Positions 51,933 to 64,000 of a DNA stretch of 64,000 bases are shown here, piece by piece. Where the stretch lies: NCBI GenBank assembly GCA_030264375.1, contig JASCQW010000081.1, positions 61,104,806 to 61,168,805 on the forward strand. Reading direction: 5' to 3'. The position numbers and the translations under genes are program-made. Numbering within the stretch: position 1 is the first letter of the stretch; every line of letters starts with the position of its first letter. This DNA is from Carcharhinus longimanus. Its lineage: Eukaryota. Below the pieces are notes generated by a model that saw only the letters and a list, made by a program, of their open reading frames with translations, was not told where the DNA came from and ran no database searches.

Positions 51933-52165
51933 AAGAAACCTCACAAAACCAGCTTGAAGTCCAACAGGTTTATTTGTAGCAAACGCCCCAAGCTTTCGGA
52001 ACACGCTGTTCCTTCNNNNNNNNNNNNNNNNNNNCCACCTGACGAAGGAACAGCGTGTTCCGAAAGCTTGGGGCGTTTGCTACAAATAAACCTGTTGGAC
52101 TTTAAGCTGGTTTTGTGAGATTTCTTTCTGTTTTACCTCAGTCCAACACCAGCATCTCCACATCA
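51933..52165. mobile_element. Young Penelope-like element with inverted arms and a hammerhead motif
   Basis: Near-perfect inverted arms around a short gap; TSD ttatctc(c/t)gagg (51921-51932, 52166-52177). Confidence 0.78.
52036..52072 (+). ncRNA. Minimal type I hammerhead ribozyme motif (PLE type)
   Basis: CAC-CUGACGA-A-GGAACA-gcg-UGUUCC-GAAA-GC-UU-GGG: intact CUGANGA and GAAA core, 6-bp stem II, palindromic AAGCUU stem III, one mismatch in stem I. Confidence 0.6.
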
Positions 52166-52435
52166 TTATCTCTGAGGTACAGTAGCTATTAGAAGTAGTT
52201 TAAGTTATTTGATCTGTGCATCATTTAACTTTTCTGCTCATTGCTCTGAAGCACAAATTATCCAGTTCCAGGTAACTTACTTCAGACATTTTGAAGTGCT
52301 TCACAGCATATTTTTTGTAAAAGTTTCCGCTTTCAATTAATCTTCCAAATGTTTTAATAAATGGCTGCTTTTATTAATGCATGGCGAATAGAATAAGTGT
52401 ATCTGACGGAACTAAACAGTATTCATGTTTCTCAG

Positions 52436-52652
52436 GATATCTTCTGAAGACAGTGGGGAAGTGTATGCCTATATTGATGACAGTGATGATTCGGAGCAGG
52501 CTGAACTAGAGTCACAATCTTCAGGTCAGATGGACCTTTTGGGAGAGATCCTTGATACCCTAAGCACGCACAGTTCAGATCAAGGAAAGCTATGTGGTGC
52601 TAAAAGTCTGGATTTCTTCAAATCAATGGATGATATCAGTTACAAAGTTGTG
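52436..52652 (+). CDS. DENND1B: DENND1B exon H (penultimate)
   Basis: gtttctcag|G...GTTGTG|gtgagt; 217 nt, phase 2-0; includes MDLLGEILDTLSTHSSDQGKLCGAKSLDFFKSMDDI, nearly identical to the recalled DENND1B-specific segment. Confidence 0.96.
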
Positions 52653-53198
52653 GTGAGTACTCTACACTGCACTTCTAAGATCACAATAGTGCACCAAGTT
52701 AGAAGATCAAAGCAAAAGTGATGCTCAAGCTCACTCATACATGTAATTTAAAAAAGAACCATCTCGGGCAAGGTTCCAATCAGGCTTTCCTTGAAGTTCC
52801 TCAGTTTAATGCAGTTAGTTTGTGGGAATCAATTGTCTTACTTAATCTTTTCAAATGTACACTGGTGCATGGCCAAGGAATACTGCAGTGTAACCACTCT
52901 TGTAATCAATGGTAGCATTTGTCTTCTGATTCTTATCCTTCCCCAATACACCATGCTTTCGAGAAGTAATTTTGGAAGAAAAAATTACAAAAAAGTCAAA
53001 AGTATTGGTTTGCCTCATGTAAATCTTGAGGATTTCGAAAATGTTAACTAATGAAAGATGATAAAAGAACTAGCTGTTTTGTACAGGAAATTTAATATCA
53101 GATTTAACTGCCTTTCAGTTTTGACAGTATATTGTTCTTTTTATTTACCATTATAGTTTTGGGAGATCTGACGCTGAATATTTCTCTTATTTTGTTAG

Positions 53199-53747
53199 AA
53201 GAAGTCCAATACTCCAAGTGAGGGAAACCTGGCCAAATTTGATGAATATAATGGCGATCATCTGAGTTGGCACCTGGGACAAGATGACAGCGTTGTCCAT
53301 AGAAAGCCCCTTCCCCCATCTCCCAGAAAATCACACTGTTATTTTACTGAATGTCCGGTTAGTTTTGAAGCACCATCCTGTGACAGCTCCAGTGTGTTCG
53401 TTGACGAGTTGACAACTTTTCCGAAGCTCAGTAGTGACTCATCTTGTAAAACTTCTGTGGCAACCACTGCTTCCAGCCAAAAATCAAAGCAGGAGAACAA
53501 AATTTCAGCTAAACTAAAGGAGCCAGAACGAACACTAACCAGTGAAGAAGGTACCTACAACGAGCAGTGTCAAAATACAACAAAATACCCATCAGTTTTA
53601 ATCCCTTGGGAGAAAGAAGATGTTGAGGCTGAATTGATAAAGCCCACAAGTGAAATAGACCTACTCAAAGAGATTGACTGTTTATGTTCCAGATTTGAAA
53701 CCAGTCATATTGCTTCCAGTATTGATGCTTCCACTACCAATACTTAA
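53199..53747 (+). CDS. DENND1B: DENND1B terminal coding exon I
   Basis: ttattttgttag|AAG...ACTTAA; 182 aa plus stop, in frame with ORF 53394..53747; contains KSNTPSEGNL, WHLGQDDS..H.K.LPPSPRK, PWEKE and IDLLKEI, as in the recalled DENND1B C-terminus. Confidence 0.93.
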   Translation, partial: KKSNTPSEGNLAKFDEYNGDHLSWHLGQDDSVVHRKPLPPSPRKSHCYFTECPVSFEAPSCDSSSVFVDELTTFPKLSSDSSCKTSVATTASSQKSKQENKISAKLKEPERTLTSEEGTYNEQCQNTTKYPSVLIPWEKEDVEAELIKPTSEIDLLKEIDCLCSRFETSHIASSIDASTTNT

Positions 53748-56700
53748 AACAAAGTGTGAAAGTGCAGCAATATTTTAAGCTGGGATCAATTAAAATAACT
53801 ATTTGAGAAACTGTAAGATTGAGTGTGAGACTGCAGGAATGGGAGGATTCCTTGAGCATTTTTTTAAGTGCAAATGACTTAAAGATGCTCTGCTTTTTAG
53901 GTATTATGCAAAATCAAATGTAGATTTTTCCCTCAAACTTAAACCTTAACACACTGCTAAAATGGACTGTTGAAATAATTTCTGATTTATACACTTGGGA
54001 TAAACATTTGACTACAAATTGTTGCGAGGTAGAATTTTGAAGAGCCAGCAATCAGGAATGCATGCGCACAACAGAAGCCATTTCAATTTAAGTTGTAGGC
54101 AGGTGAAAAATGATTAATTTTAAGTCTGAGAGACAACGAGCAGACTGACGTTTCAACATCACAGTGGGAGACTGCGATTTTCTTTTCAGAGTCAACGAGA
54201 TTCCTCTGCATCATTCCAACCAGATCAGGCTAACAAGGCGAATGCCTTGCGATTTTTAAATTATGTTGCGTGCGATGTATAAAATAAGCTTGTATAGTGT
54301 CGAGTGGATGAGGTGGGATTGTCTGAGTTTGCAAGCATCTGAGGAGGGAACAGTGGTCATTTGTCTCTGCAATTCCTTACATTTCAAGTCCTCCTCAACA
54401 TCATCCCCAACCCCCGAAAACCCAGTTTCATTTTAATAAATCTACAAGCTGGTTACTCTGACTTATTTAAACACTCCACTCACATTTCATCTATGTTTTT
54501 CATGTTTTAAATGAAATATGCAGTAAATTAATGCCAAATAATCAAAGGTACTGCCTTAAAAAATACAGAAATCGTTGTCTTCTGAAATCATCATGTAGCA
54601 TCTTTCTGAATTTTTTCATACTGCTGTTTGGAAGTTTTATGGAATTAGATACTTTAGTGCTTAAAAAGTGTAAACCTGAAAATGCTTGAAATCCATTCAT
54701 TTGGCAATAATTATCAGGAATGACAAAGCAAACTATGGTTAGCAAAGGGAGAAAGAAAAAAGTCTCCTACGGAGATAATGCTGCAGTTTATGTAATCAGC
54801 AATCTGTTGGTACCAATGAGTATTCAATCCCGGTCTTCCCGAAATAAGTTCAATTATGTTTGTTCTCTCAAAACCATTAATGATGGCTCACTTGAAACCC
54901 CTCTCGAGTTGTATTTTAGCAACAAAACAGTTTTTACAAGACATGCAATCAGCTTTCTTGAGACTTCTGTTAAGAGTTTTGGCTGACAAAATACAGTTGT
55001 TAACATTTTGATATGGATTTTAAGTGTTGTCAATTTTCTATGTACTCTTGGTGTCGTGTTTTTTTGTAATGAACAAATGTGCACAAATGCTGTAAATGTT
55101 AATAGTCAAATATTGCTGTGTTTTTAGAATGTGACTGTAATAGGACTGGTGTAAAGTAAATGGCAACTAATGCTGGGACGTAAGGGGGAAGAAGAATATG
55201 CTGTTGGTACTCCTGTTTCATTAATGGTACTTCAATATACACAAACAGGATAAATAAATATCGGCATAGATGGCAACATACAGAAATCAGATGATTCCAG
55301 TAATGTGCTACACTAATTTTTAATATTTTTAAATCTGTAGATAACATTTGGTTACTTGATGACTAATGTCAATCATACACCATCTTGCACTCTGTTCCTG
55401 GGGACATGCGGTATATCTTTTGATCTTCTGTTCCTCTGTCCTAATCGTTTTTTCTTAACTGGATGTTACTCAAGGACTCTGTTAATTTTCAGAAATACCT
55501 ATAATTATTTCCAATGTTTTTAGGCATTTAAAATACTTGAAACATCGCTGTGGCAAAGGCTGGAACACGTGCCTTATTAGAAACAAATAATTGATGCAGA
55601 ATTTTATCTGGGGAATAATAATGTATTGATCAGAAATTAAGGATGTAATGTGCATGAAAAGATGGCACATGCACTGACATATCAAAGTGCAATATTGCTG
55701 TCACATTGCATAGGCTGTATATCAAAACAGAAAAATCATCAGGATGATCCTATTTGATATACCTCAGACTTCCCAAAAATTCAAACAGATCTGAGTTTTT
55801 GTTTTAAATGCTCTGTCATCAATCCAATCTATTCTTACTGTTGTCTTTGGTTTAGATATCGAAAATAATTTAAAATGCAGCCTCTTTCAGCACCTAGAAA
55901 GCATGTTGTCTTTTTTTATTGTAACTTTGTGCAATATGAATTCTATTGACAAATTGTTTGTATTTGAGGTGTTACTTTTGAGTTCAGTTTTTGCACCAAG
56001 TTTTTTTTTGACAAAGTTTAATCTGCGGTACAGAGAAGCATCTAAATTGCTTATAGTTTGAGTTAACCTTAGAAACTTGCTCCATGTCATTCAAGAGGCT
56101 ATTTTAAATCGAGGCTATTTTAAATAAAGGCCACTGTGGAATTTGTTATCTCTTGAATTATTCTTTTTTCTTTTCCCATCTATACCTTCAAAATTTTATT
56201 GATAGTCCCCCCTCTTTTTGCAGTTAATCTTGAATGTAAATTTCATATCACTTTCATTGTTTGGAATGCACTTTTTCCAACTATAATATGTTGATGAAAG
56301 GTAGAACAGCCTACATCTTATGTTGTTTTTACCTGCTAATTTTTAGAAGTAAATGTTGCCCATTGCTAATGTCCAAATTTTAAAAATGTAGATGTGCATT
56401 TCATTCTATAAATTACTTGCATGTCTCATTTAGGTAAATGTTTATCTAATTGTATAGTGAAGCATCGAGTTAATACACTTATCCAGAAAGCTATAACTAA
56501 ATCAACTGTTATCTCAGTTGTTCTAACCTGTTCAAATGTTGTAAATAACATCCAGTTTGTTGCTTAGACTCCATTCTATATTAATACTATTTAACTGTAT
56601 ATCCCAGCTGAATCTGCCCTCTTTGGTACAACTTGTCTTTTTGTTTATTTTCAATGAAAAGGCTATTAATTTGGCTTGTAAAGCACCAAGTCATTGTTAA

Positions 56701-57265
56701 GACAAATCATCCTTAGAACTACTGTTGGTGCCAGTTTTAGTTTCAGCAATCCGAAGGGAGGCTTATTTGTTGAGGCCATCCATTTTTATCCAGGTGAACA
56801 CAGTACAAGTTCTGTTACACAGTATCTTAGCCTATCAGTGGTGTTACCTTCCTGTGTTATTCACAAATGTACTGCAAGAAAATTGGACTTGCAGCTTTTC
56901 AGTTGAATGTACATTTCCAAATTGCCCAGGTTTTAACGTACAAACTGCAGGTTAGGCTGTTGGAGGATATATTGCATTTTTTTAACGAAGCATTTTTATG
57001 AGAATTGTGAACGCCGTACCAATCCAGAATATATCTGTTTAAAATGAAACCCAGTGACCATTTTACCGCAGCAGGTATATTTGGTAACACCAGTTGGGAT
57101 ACTTGCAGTCTTTGGCTCATCTGTTCTTTAAATGGTTCTCCAATCTGCTGTATAATATTAAGAGAAATTGTACAAAATTGGCTGAATGAAGTTGTTCTTC
57201 AGGCTTTGCAGAGCTGTGCTTTGCCTTTGCCAAACAATAAATTTTCAATTTTACGTTGCAACGTC
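53748..57265 (+). other. DENND1B: Putative long 3' UTR of DENND1B
   Basis: About 3.5 kb of AU-rich sequence after the stop codon with no recognisable SINE/LINE, ending at an AATAAA; repeats resume shortly after. The end point is inferred. Confidence 0.55.
57236..57241 (+). terminator. Candidate distal polyadenylation signal
   Basis: AATAAA followed about 20 nt later by CA and a GT/T-rich tract (cgtcttgttcaatctgtttcttt); more proximal AATAAA also occur near 54435, 55253 and 56123. Confidence 0.5.
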
Positions 57266-57784
57266 TTGTTCAATCTGTTTCTTTCAAATACTTGCAAGGA
57301 GAATAGGTATTTTGGTGTTTCAGCTATGCGACCATTGCTGTGAATGTCATAGTTAGGTGATTCGAACAAAAAGGTGATTATTGCAAACGTCTGCAGTTAT
57401 TTCGGTGTGTTCCAGAAAACCTCGGTGCAAAACTAACTCATCAATTTAGTTCAGAACAGCAGTTCAACTTCTCTATAAAATCAATGAAGTTAGATTCTAT
57501 TCATAAAGAGTAAACTCCAGCGGAGAGAAGCTATCTGGAATATTGTTGAGGACAAATTAGTTAGAATGCCAGCCTTGTCAGAACGGTGAACTCTCTCATC
57601 CATATCAATCTGAGATAATGGTGGCGGGTGGGGTGGTTGTCCAAAATTTGTTGAACATATAAAGGCATGGCTTCCTTACCTCCCACTGTGTAACCCTGGA
57701 CTGAAAGTCTCCAAAGCATGCTGCCCTACCCAGACTGAAGCCGGGCAAGAAAGGATTGGCTTGAATTCTAGGTAGGAGCAGAGT

Positions 57785-59530
57785 TTGTTTATTTCTTTAT
57801 TTAAGGGATGTGAGCATCACTGGCTAGGCCAGCATTTATTACCCTTCTGAAGGCAGTGCTGAGCTGCTGTCTTCAACAGCTGCAGTTCATGTCGTGTAGG
57901 TCCTCCCACAGTGCTGTTAGGGAGGGAGCTCCAGGATTTCAACTCGGTGATAGTGAAGGAACAGCAATACATCTCCATGCCAGGATGGTGAGTAACTTGG
58001 AGGGGAGCTTCAAGGTGCTGGTGTTCCCATGTATTTGCTGCTCTTGTCCTTTGAGATGGTAGTGATCATGGACTTGGAAGGTACCATCTAAGGAGCCTTA
58101 GTGAGCTCCTGCAGGGCATTCTGTAGATGGTACACATTGCTGCCATGTGAGGGAGTGAATGTTTGTTGATGGGGTACTAATCAAGTGGTCTAAATGCTGT
58201 TGATCTTCCTGAGTGTTATTGGAGCTGCACTCTTCCAGGCAAGTGGAAAATATTCCATCACATTCTTGTGTGTTCGTTTGGGTGACCTTTGGAAAGTCAG
58301 GAGGTGAGTTCCTCACCACATGATTCCCAACCTCTGATAGTATTTATTATAGTTAATCCAGTAAAGTTTCTGGTCAATGGTAACCCCACAGGATGGTGAT
58401 ACTGTGGATTCAGCAATGGTAATGTCATTGAATGTCAAGGTGCGATGGCTGGAATTTTCTCTTGGAGTTGCTCATTACCTGGCACTTGTGTTTCTTGCCA
58501 CATGTCAGCCCAAACTTGGATACTGTCTCGGTCTTGCTGCATTTGGACATGAATCATTGAAATCAGAAACCCTGCAGTGCAGAAGGAGCCATTCAGCCCA
58601 TTGAGTCTACACCGACAACAATCCCACCCAGACCCTATCCCCGTAGCACCACATATTTACCCCACTAATCCTCAAACCTAGGCATCCAGGGAAATGAAGG
58701 GGCAATTTAGCACGGCCAATCAACCTAACCTGCACATCTTTGGACTGTGGGAGGAAACCGGAAAATCCGGAGGCAACCCATGCAGACACTGGAAGAATGT
58801 GCAAACTCCGCACAGACCCAAGCCAGGTATTGAACCCAGGTCCCTGGAGCTGTGAGGCAGCAGTGCTAACCACTGTGCCACCGAGCCACCCTTCATCTAA
58901 TACTGAACTACTTCAGTATCTGAGGAACCATAAATGGTGCTGAAAACTGCAATTATCGGTGAACATCCCCATTTCTAACCTTTTGTTGGAGGAAAGGTCA
59001 TTGACAAAACAGCTGAAAATATTTGGATTTAGGACACAGCCCTAAGGAACTCCTGCAGTGATGCCCAGGCTCTGAGATGAATGAACTCCAACCACCACAG
59101 CCATCTTCCTTTGTGCCGGGTATGACTCCAACCACCAGAGGGCTTTTCCCCCGATTCCCATTAACTCCAGTTTTGCTGGAGCTCCTCAATGCCACACTCG
59201 GTCAAATGTAGCTTTGATGTCATTCTCACCTCTTCAGTTCTTTTATTCATGTTTACACCAAGATTGTAATGAGGAGCTGAATGGCCCTGGTGGACCCCAA
59301 ACTAGGCAAACTCAGTGAGCAGGTTATTGCTGAGCAAGTACCCATCAATAGCACTGTTGATGAGCCTTTCCATCACTTTACTTGTGTAGACTATGATCAA
59401 GAATGGATTGTTGGGGCAGAAAGCGGCCAATTTGGATTTGTTCTTTTGAGTACGGGACATATCTGTGAAATTTTCAACATTGTTGGGTAGATACCAGTGT
59501 TGTCGCTATACTGGAACAGCTTGGCTAGGG
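57785..59530 (-). mobile_element. CR1-like LINE 3' portion (degenerate RT), interrupted by the SINE at 58551-58890
   Basis: 3' end ggatgtgagcatcactggctaggccagcatttatt; minus-strand RT remnants (DIKATFDRVWH, VVVGVHSS, GVP). Confidence 0.75.
58551..58890 (-). mobile_element. HE1-like SINE, full length, nested in a LINE
   Basis: Well-preserved head (ggcagcagtgctaaccactgtgccacc), core and tail. Confidence 0.85.
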
Positions 59531-62500
59531 ACAATCTGATTCAGATTGCCACTCTGTGAAAGGTAAAGCCCAAACTGCTAGATAAACCAGGTTGCTTATT
59601 TATGAGACCTTACCTCACCTTCTAAAAGTTGGAAGAAATGCATATGAAAGTAGGTGCAAAATCATAGCAGTAATCTTCCATGAATGCTTTTGGAATATAC
59701 TCTTGAAATCACAGGAACTGAGGTCTCTTGGGGAAGCAGTTGGTGCAGTGGAGTCTGAGAGAATATTCTGAAAGATCTGTCACCTAAACAGACCCTTGAC
59801 ATACAGAGAAATAGACCTGATCTATGATAAAGTTGACTTAAAGCAGGGAAGAAACGGCCAGAATACCGTTCCTACACAAGATTACAACTAGAAATAAAAC
59901 ATCACACAAGCTTCTGACATTCATCAGGCTTCAGTGTGCATGCAAGGACTTTAAAACCACACGTTTAAAAAAAACTCAGCAATGACTAGTAGTTGAGATT
60001 CGCAATGTTTCACAAGCAGGGCTGCTGAAGCATGGAGTAGACCACTAAAAGGTTCCTGAGCGTGCTTCAGCAATGGAAATTTGTGAATTACTCATTGCCA
60101 TCCCAAGCTGTCTGACCATTAAAAATTGAACTGCTGCTTGAGAACATTTGTGCATCTGCAGTCGAATTTAAATTTCACCCAATGTAAGTAAACTGTGTAC
60201 TACTTGGTAAATTGTACTGCAGCTTTCAGTCTCTAATTGGGTAATTGAAGGGTAATTTACATGGATTTGTCGTAGATGGCTTTTGGAATATTTGATCATA
60301 TCACGCTGCACACACTAATCTTTCTGCACAAATTCCTATCGAACATCTTTAAAGGAGCAAATTGACACAGCATCAACTGTTTAGTGTGTGTTCCACATGA
60401 ATGTAATTCAAATCTTGATCTTGTCAATTCTGTGTAAAACCTTTTCAATTGCTGTGATCCCCTTGTCAATCAAAATGTACATTACTTGGCTGAATTTTCC
60501 TGTGGGTTTTAGGATCCCCAGTATCAGGACTAAATGCGAGTCCCGAGCCCACACTTACCAGCACTACAATCCACCAGGAAGCAGTCTCCGAACTGAAACC
60601 CTCTGTGTTGGCTGTCCTATTATGGACAGCGAGCTGGCTGCTGATACTGCAGGTTCATGCAGAAGGCCCACAGCTCTGGAGCCAAGGCAGTCCTTCTAGG
60701 AGAGGTGGATGCTTCTGAGGCAGGTGAGGTCCTGAAGGGTGCCTCAACACGGAGGCACTTTCGCTGGCCAATGTCGAAGGGCTGCACTGAAGCCTCTCAA
60801 AGTCAGTAGGGCCATCAGGCTAAGAGAGTAAATCCCTCTGCCAGCTTATTCCCTGTCAGCACTGCAGTATTTAATCCCAAAGGCCCCATCACTGAGACAT
60901 GGATCGTCTTGCTCTGATGACCATGAATAAATCTAAATTAACATCGAACACTGGCCTAGCCAGTCCAAGCCACTGTTTCTAATCTACTAAATTCTCCTCC
61001 CGTTCTTTCACACTTCTTAAAATGTTTCACTCCATCCTCAAAATTACAAAGCCAATGCTCCGAATGGTTGGGGCAAATCCAAATCGATTCCTTGCTTTCT
61101 CCAAAAACCATATTCAAAATCCAACTCATGGTCCTCACAAGAGAGACCAACAAGATCCAAATTGACAAGGCATTGCACCCCATCTTGGGCTCAATCTGAT
61201 GCTAGATCTTAGCCAAAAGGCTAAAGTTTATTGGCACAGCCCTCTCTTTCTCTCCATCATGTATTTCCAGCTTCCCACTGAATGCTCCTCATTGTATCCT
61301 AAAGTGGGTTTAGAAATCTGACTCCGCATTTTGCCTTGAATGGTAAACTCTGGATACAATAGTTAAGGTATAAATGTTAGAATGGAAGCTTAACCAGCAG
61401 CCATAACAGTTTCCCCATAGCTCCCAATGCATAATTCAAGATGTAATAAGAAGTATCCAACAAACAACCACACAAATTGATGGAGCAGAATGAATTTCAC
61501 TATCACTGGAAATCAGCTTTTGTTTAAACAGGAGCCTGTCATTATCCTCCAAACATTTACTCCAATTCCTTTGTCTGCATGAGGAAGAAAAAGCATTGGC
61601 GAAAGATTATATTTGGCATAAGGTAAACACCAAGTGTAGAAACTGAATAAAATGGTTTTGCAATTTAAGATTTTTCCTGAAAACAGCTTGTGATTTGAGC
61701 ACTTATCCACTTGTAGTGTGAAGCTAACAACACGTGAGCCAGTGATTTCAATCAGTTCCTCTTTAAGTTATTTATAACATGCAAGCAGATCAGTAAGCAA
61801 TGCAGGATCATTTGCCAGAGAAACATAGTTTATTTTGCTCCATATTATATTTACAGTGATATTAATTGTTCTAAGCACCAAATATCTATATTAAAAAGGT
61901 ACTATATATATATATTTGATTTCTAAAATCAAGTACAAAGTTGAAAGATCATTCCGTGCGTAATATACAGACATTTTTCGGCACTATTGTTACAGACACA
62001 TTGCGAAATAGCATGTTGAGAACTAGCATTTGACCAAACTAAAAATCTGAGTAGTCTTTTGGAGTCAGTTGATCACACTGTGCATAAAGGTTTTTCAATC
62101 AACTGTCAAATCACTTTGATAAATCATTAAGGTATTTACTGGCTCACCATTACAATAGCATTAAACAGTTGAAAACAACTGGTAGGTATTTTTACTAATG
62201 CTTCAAAATCTGTTAAAATGCTAAAACAATTGTTTTTTTTATTTTATTCTGGAAATAATGTAAAATAGGATGCGTTTTAATCGTACTCTATTCTTCTCGC
62301 TTCATAATCATAGTAGAACATGCAGAATCAAGATTGGGAACTTCAATTCATGGAGTTACTACAAAATGTGCAATTTTAGTTTTGATTGTTATGTGACTCT
62401 TATTTCAGAGCAGAAAATAAAATTCCCATTTGTCATATTTGTAACATTATTTAATGTGTTGGATCTATTTGTATTGTTAGATAAATTATTTATTCATAGG

Positions 62501-64000
62501 TTCTTTGCAGTCACATTCTAAATTACTAGCAGAGTAGGACAAAATATTGTCTGAGGGAGCAGGATTGCAATGATAAAGACTTGAAGAAAAATGTTGGGGG
62601 AAGAAGGTGATTCCAAATGTCAAGATTGTTTATTTCTGAATCCTTTCAGCCTATATTAAGAATTTGCATTATATCCTCAATTTGTTTTTGCAAAAATTGA
62701 AAAGAGTTTGTGTGTCAGCTCTGGAGAATACTTGTAATTTTGATGATCCAGTGAACTTTCACTTATTTTAATAACAGCATTGATGTTTAAATTGAAACTT
62801 TAAAGTTAGATCATGAAAAATTCTCCCTGGACTTTAATTTATGTTGTCAGTGAAATTTCTGATTTGCGCATTTGGGCTACTAATGAGGAATAAACAAAAT
62901 GAATCCCAATAGAAGATTTATCATGAAAGACCAGAAAAAGATGAATTTATAGATCTTTACCTCCTTTAAAATTGATATTAAATGTATGTAAACGAGTATA
63001 TGAAACATTTATACACAAACATGCCACACTTTCATTTCAGGGCCTGTTTTTAAAAATCCAATGTATTTCAAAAATTCGAATGAAAATAAAATAATCAGCG
63101 AACAAATGTGAAGCTAACAGGTTGCCATTACTAATCCAAATCAAGGTGACTTAGCTCATCTTTGGAACAACTTCAATTCATTGCTTACACCACTTTGACT
63201 AGAATTAGTTGCAAGCAACTGTTGACCTTCTCTGTAATACTGACAAGTAAAATGTAGTACAATTATGAAACATACACTAAACACAATCATCTATTTATCT
63301 ATTTCAGTTACAACATTGCAAACATTTGGCTCACAAGACTAGACAAAGAAAAAACTTGTAGTGACATTCAATGAGTTTGGTACATTTATTAAAACACTTA
63401 ACACTTTGAACCAGAACCTAATCAGGTTTGCCATCTCTTTGTTTTCTAACACACTTGGAAAGCTTCAGGACTGAGAACTGTGCCATAACACTAGGATATA
63501 GAATTAAACAACTTGGATGTGTTTAGAAGTAATTTTCAGCCCAGACAATTGCTCTCAAATAAGTAAACTTGTTAATTTAACTGAACATTTTGACTGTTTA
63601 ATCTTAAATACAACTCAGGAATTGCTTATTAAAGAACCATTTTGCCACAGATGCTGCCTAACCTGTTAAGTGCTTAAAATAGTTTCTGTTTTTATTTCCA
63701 GTATCTTTATTTCGAGTCTGGGTGGGATTGATGTCATTGCAGGTTTGATGGGCCGAATGCCCTCCTTCTGCATTCTAGGTACTCTATGATTCAGAACTTA
63801 CCCAACGCTTGTTTCATTTTCTTTAGATCCATCCATACTTTTATAGGTACACTGGTCCTTTTGAATTCATGTCCAAAAACAATCTTTTATGATTGTTATC
63901 ATCTTTTGTGTTTGTTAAAAGTGACAATGTATTCAATTTCCTAGGATTCATCTCCCAATGGCCACTTCCAGCTCTCCTACAGAAAAATTAAATGCTCTGC

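Noticed and set aside
56095-56126. Short tandem duplication gaggctattttaaat x2
   Set aside because: Simple slippage duplication of two units; no array or spacer structure
61513-61710. Minus-strand ORF ending GVNVWRIMTGSCLNKS as a possible CRB1 last exon
   Set aside because: Lacks the invariant Crumbs C-terminal ERLI motif; resemblance is superficial
1-64000. CRISPR arrays, operons or prokaryotic defence systems
   Set aside because: Vertebrate intron-exon DNA; no regularly spaced repeats and no long intronless ORFs

Overview
Eukaryotic, AT-rich, repeat-dense vertebrate DNA with about 12 N-gaps. The repeat content (HE1/V-SINE-like, HER1/CR1 LINEs, SacSINE/Deu-SINE-like, short Penelope-type elements) points to a cartilaginous fish, most likely a shark. 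The window holds the 3' part of DENND1B (connecdenn-2, a Rab35 GEF) on the + strand. Nine GT-AG coding exons between 1594 and 53747 splice in frame into 1314 nt (437 aa plus stop), followed by a repeat-free putative 3' UTR of about 3.5 kb. Most ORFs in the supplied track are spurious or retroelement debris. I found no prokaryotic-type system. The best leads are: Penelope-derived hammerhead ribozyme motifs in sense orientation inside introns (one with an intact core about 360 nt upstream of an exon); a candidate poison exon in the 29.6-kb intron; a 430-bp local duplication bracketing one exon; a long intronic inverted repeat; SINE tail swapping; and repeat-free intronic blocks that may be long-range enhancers. 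All family and orthology calls come from recalled sequences, not database searches, and repeat boundaries are approximate.
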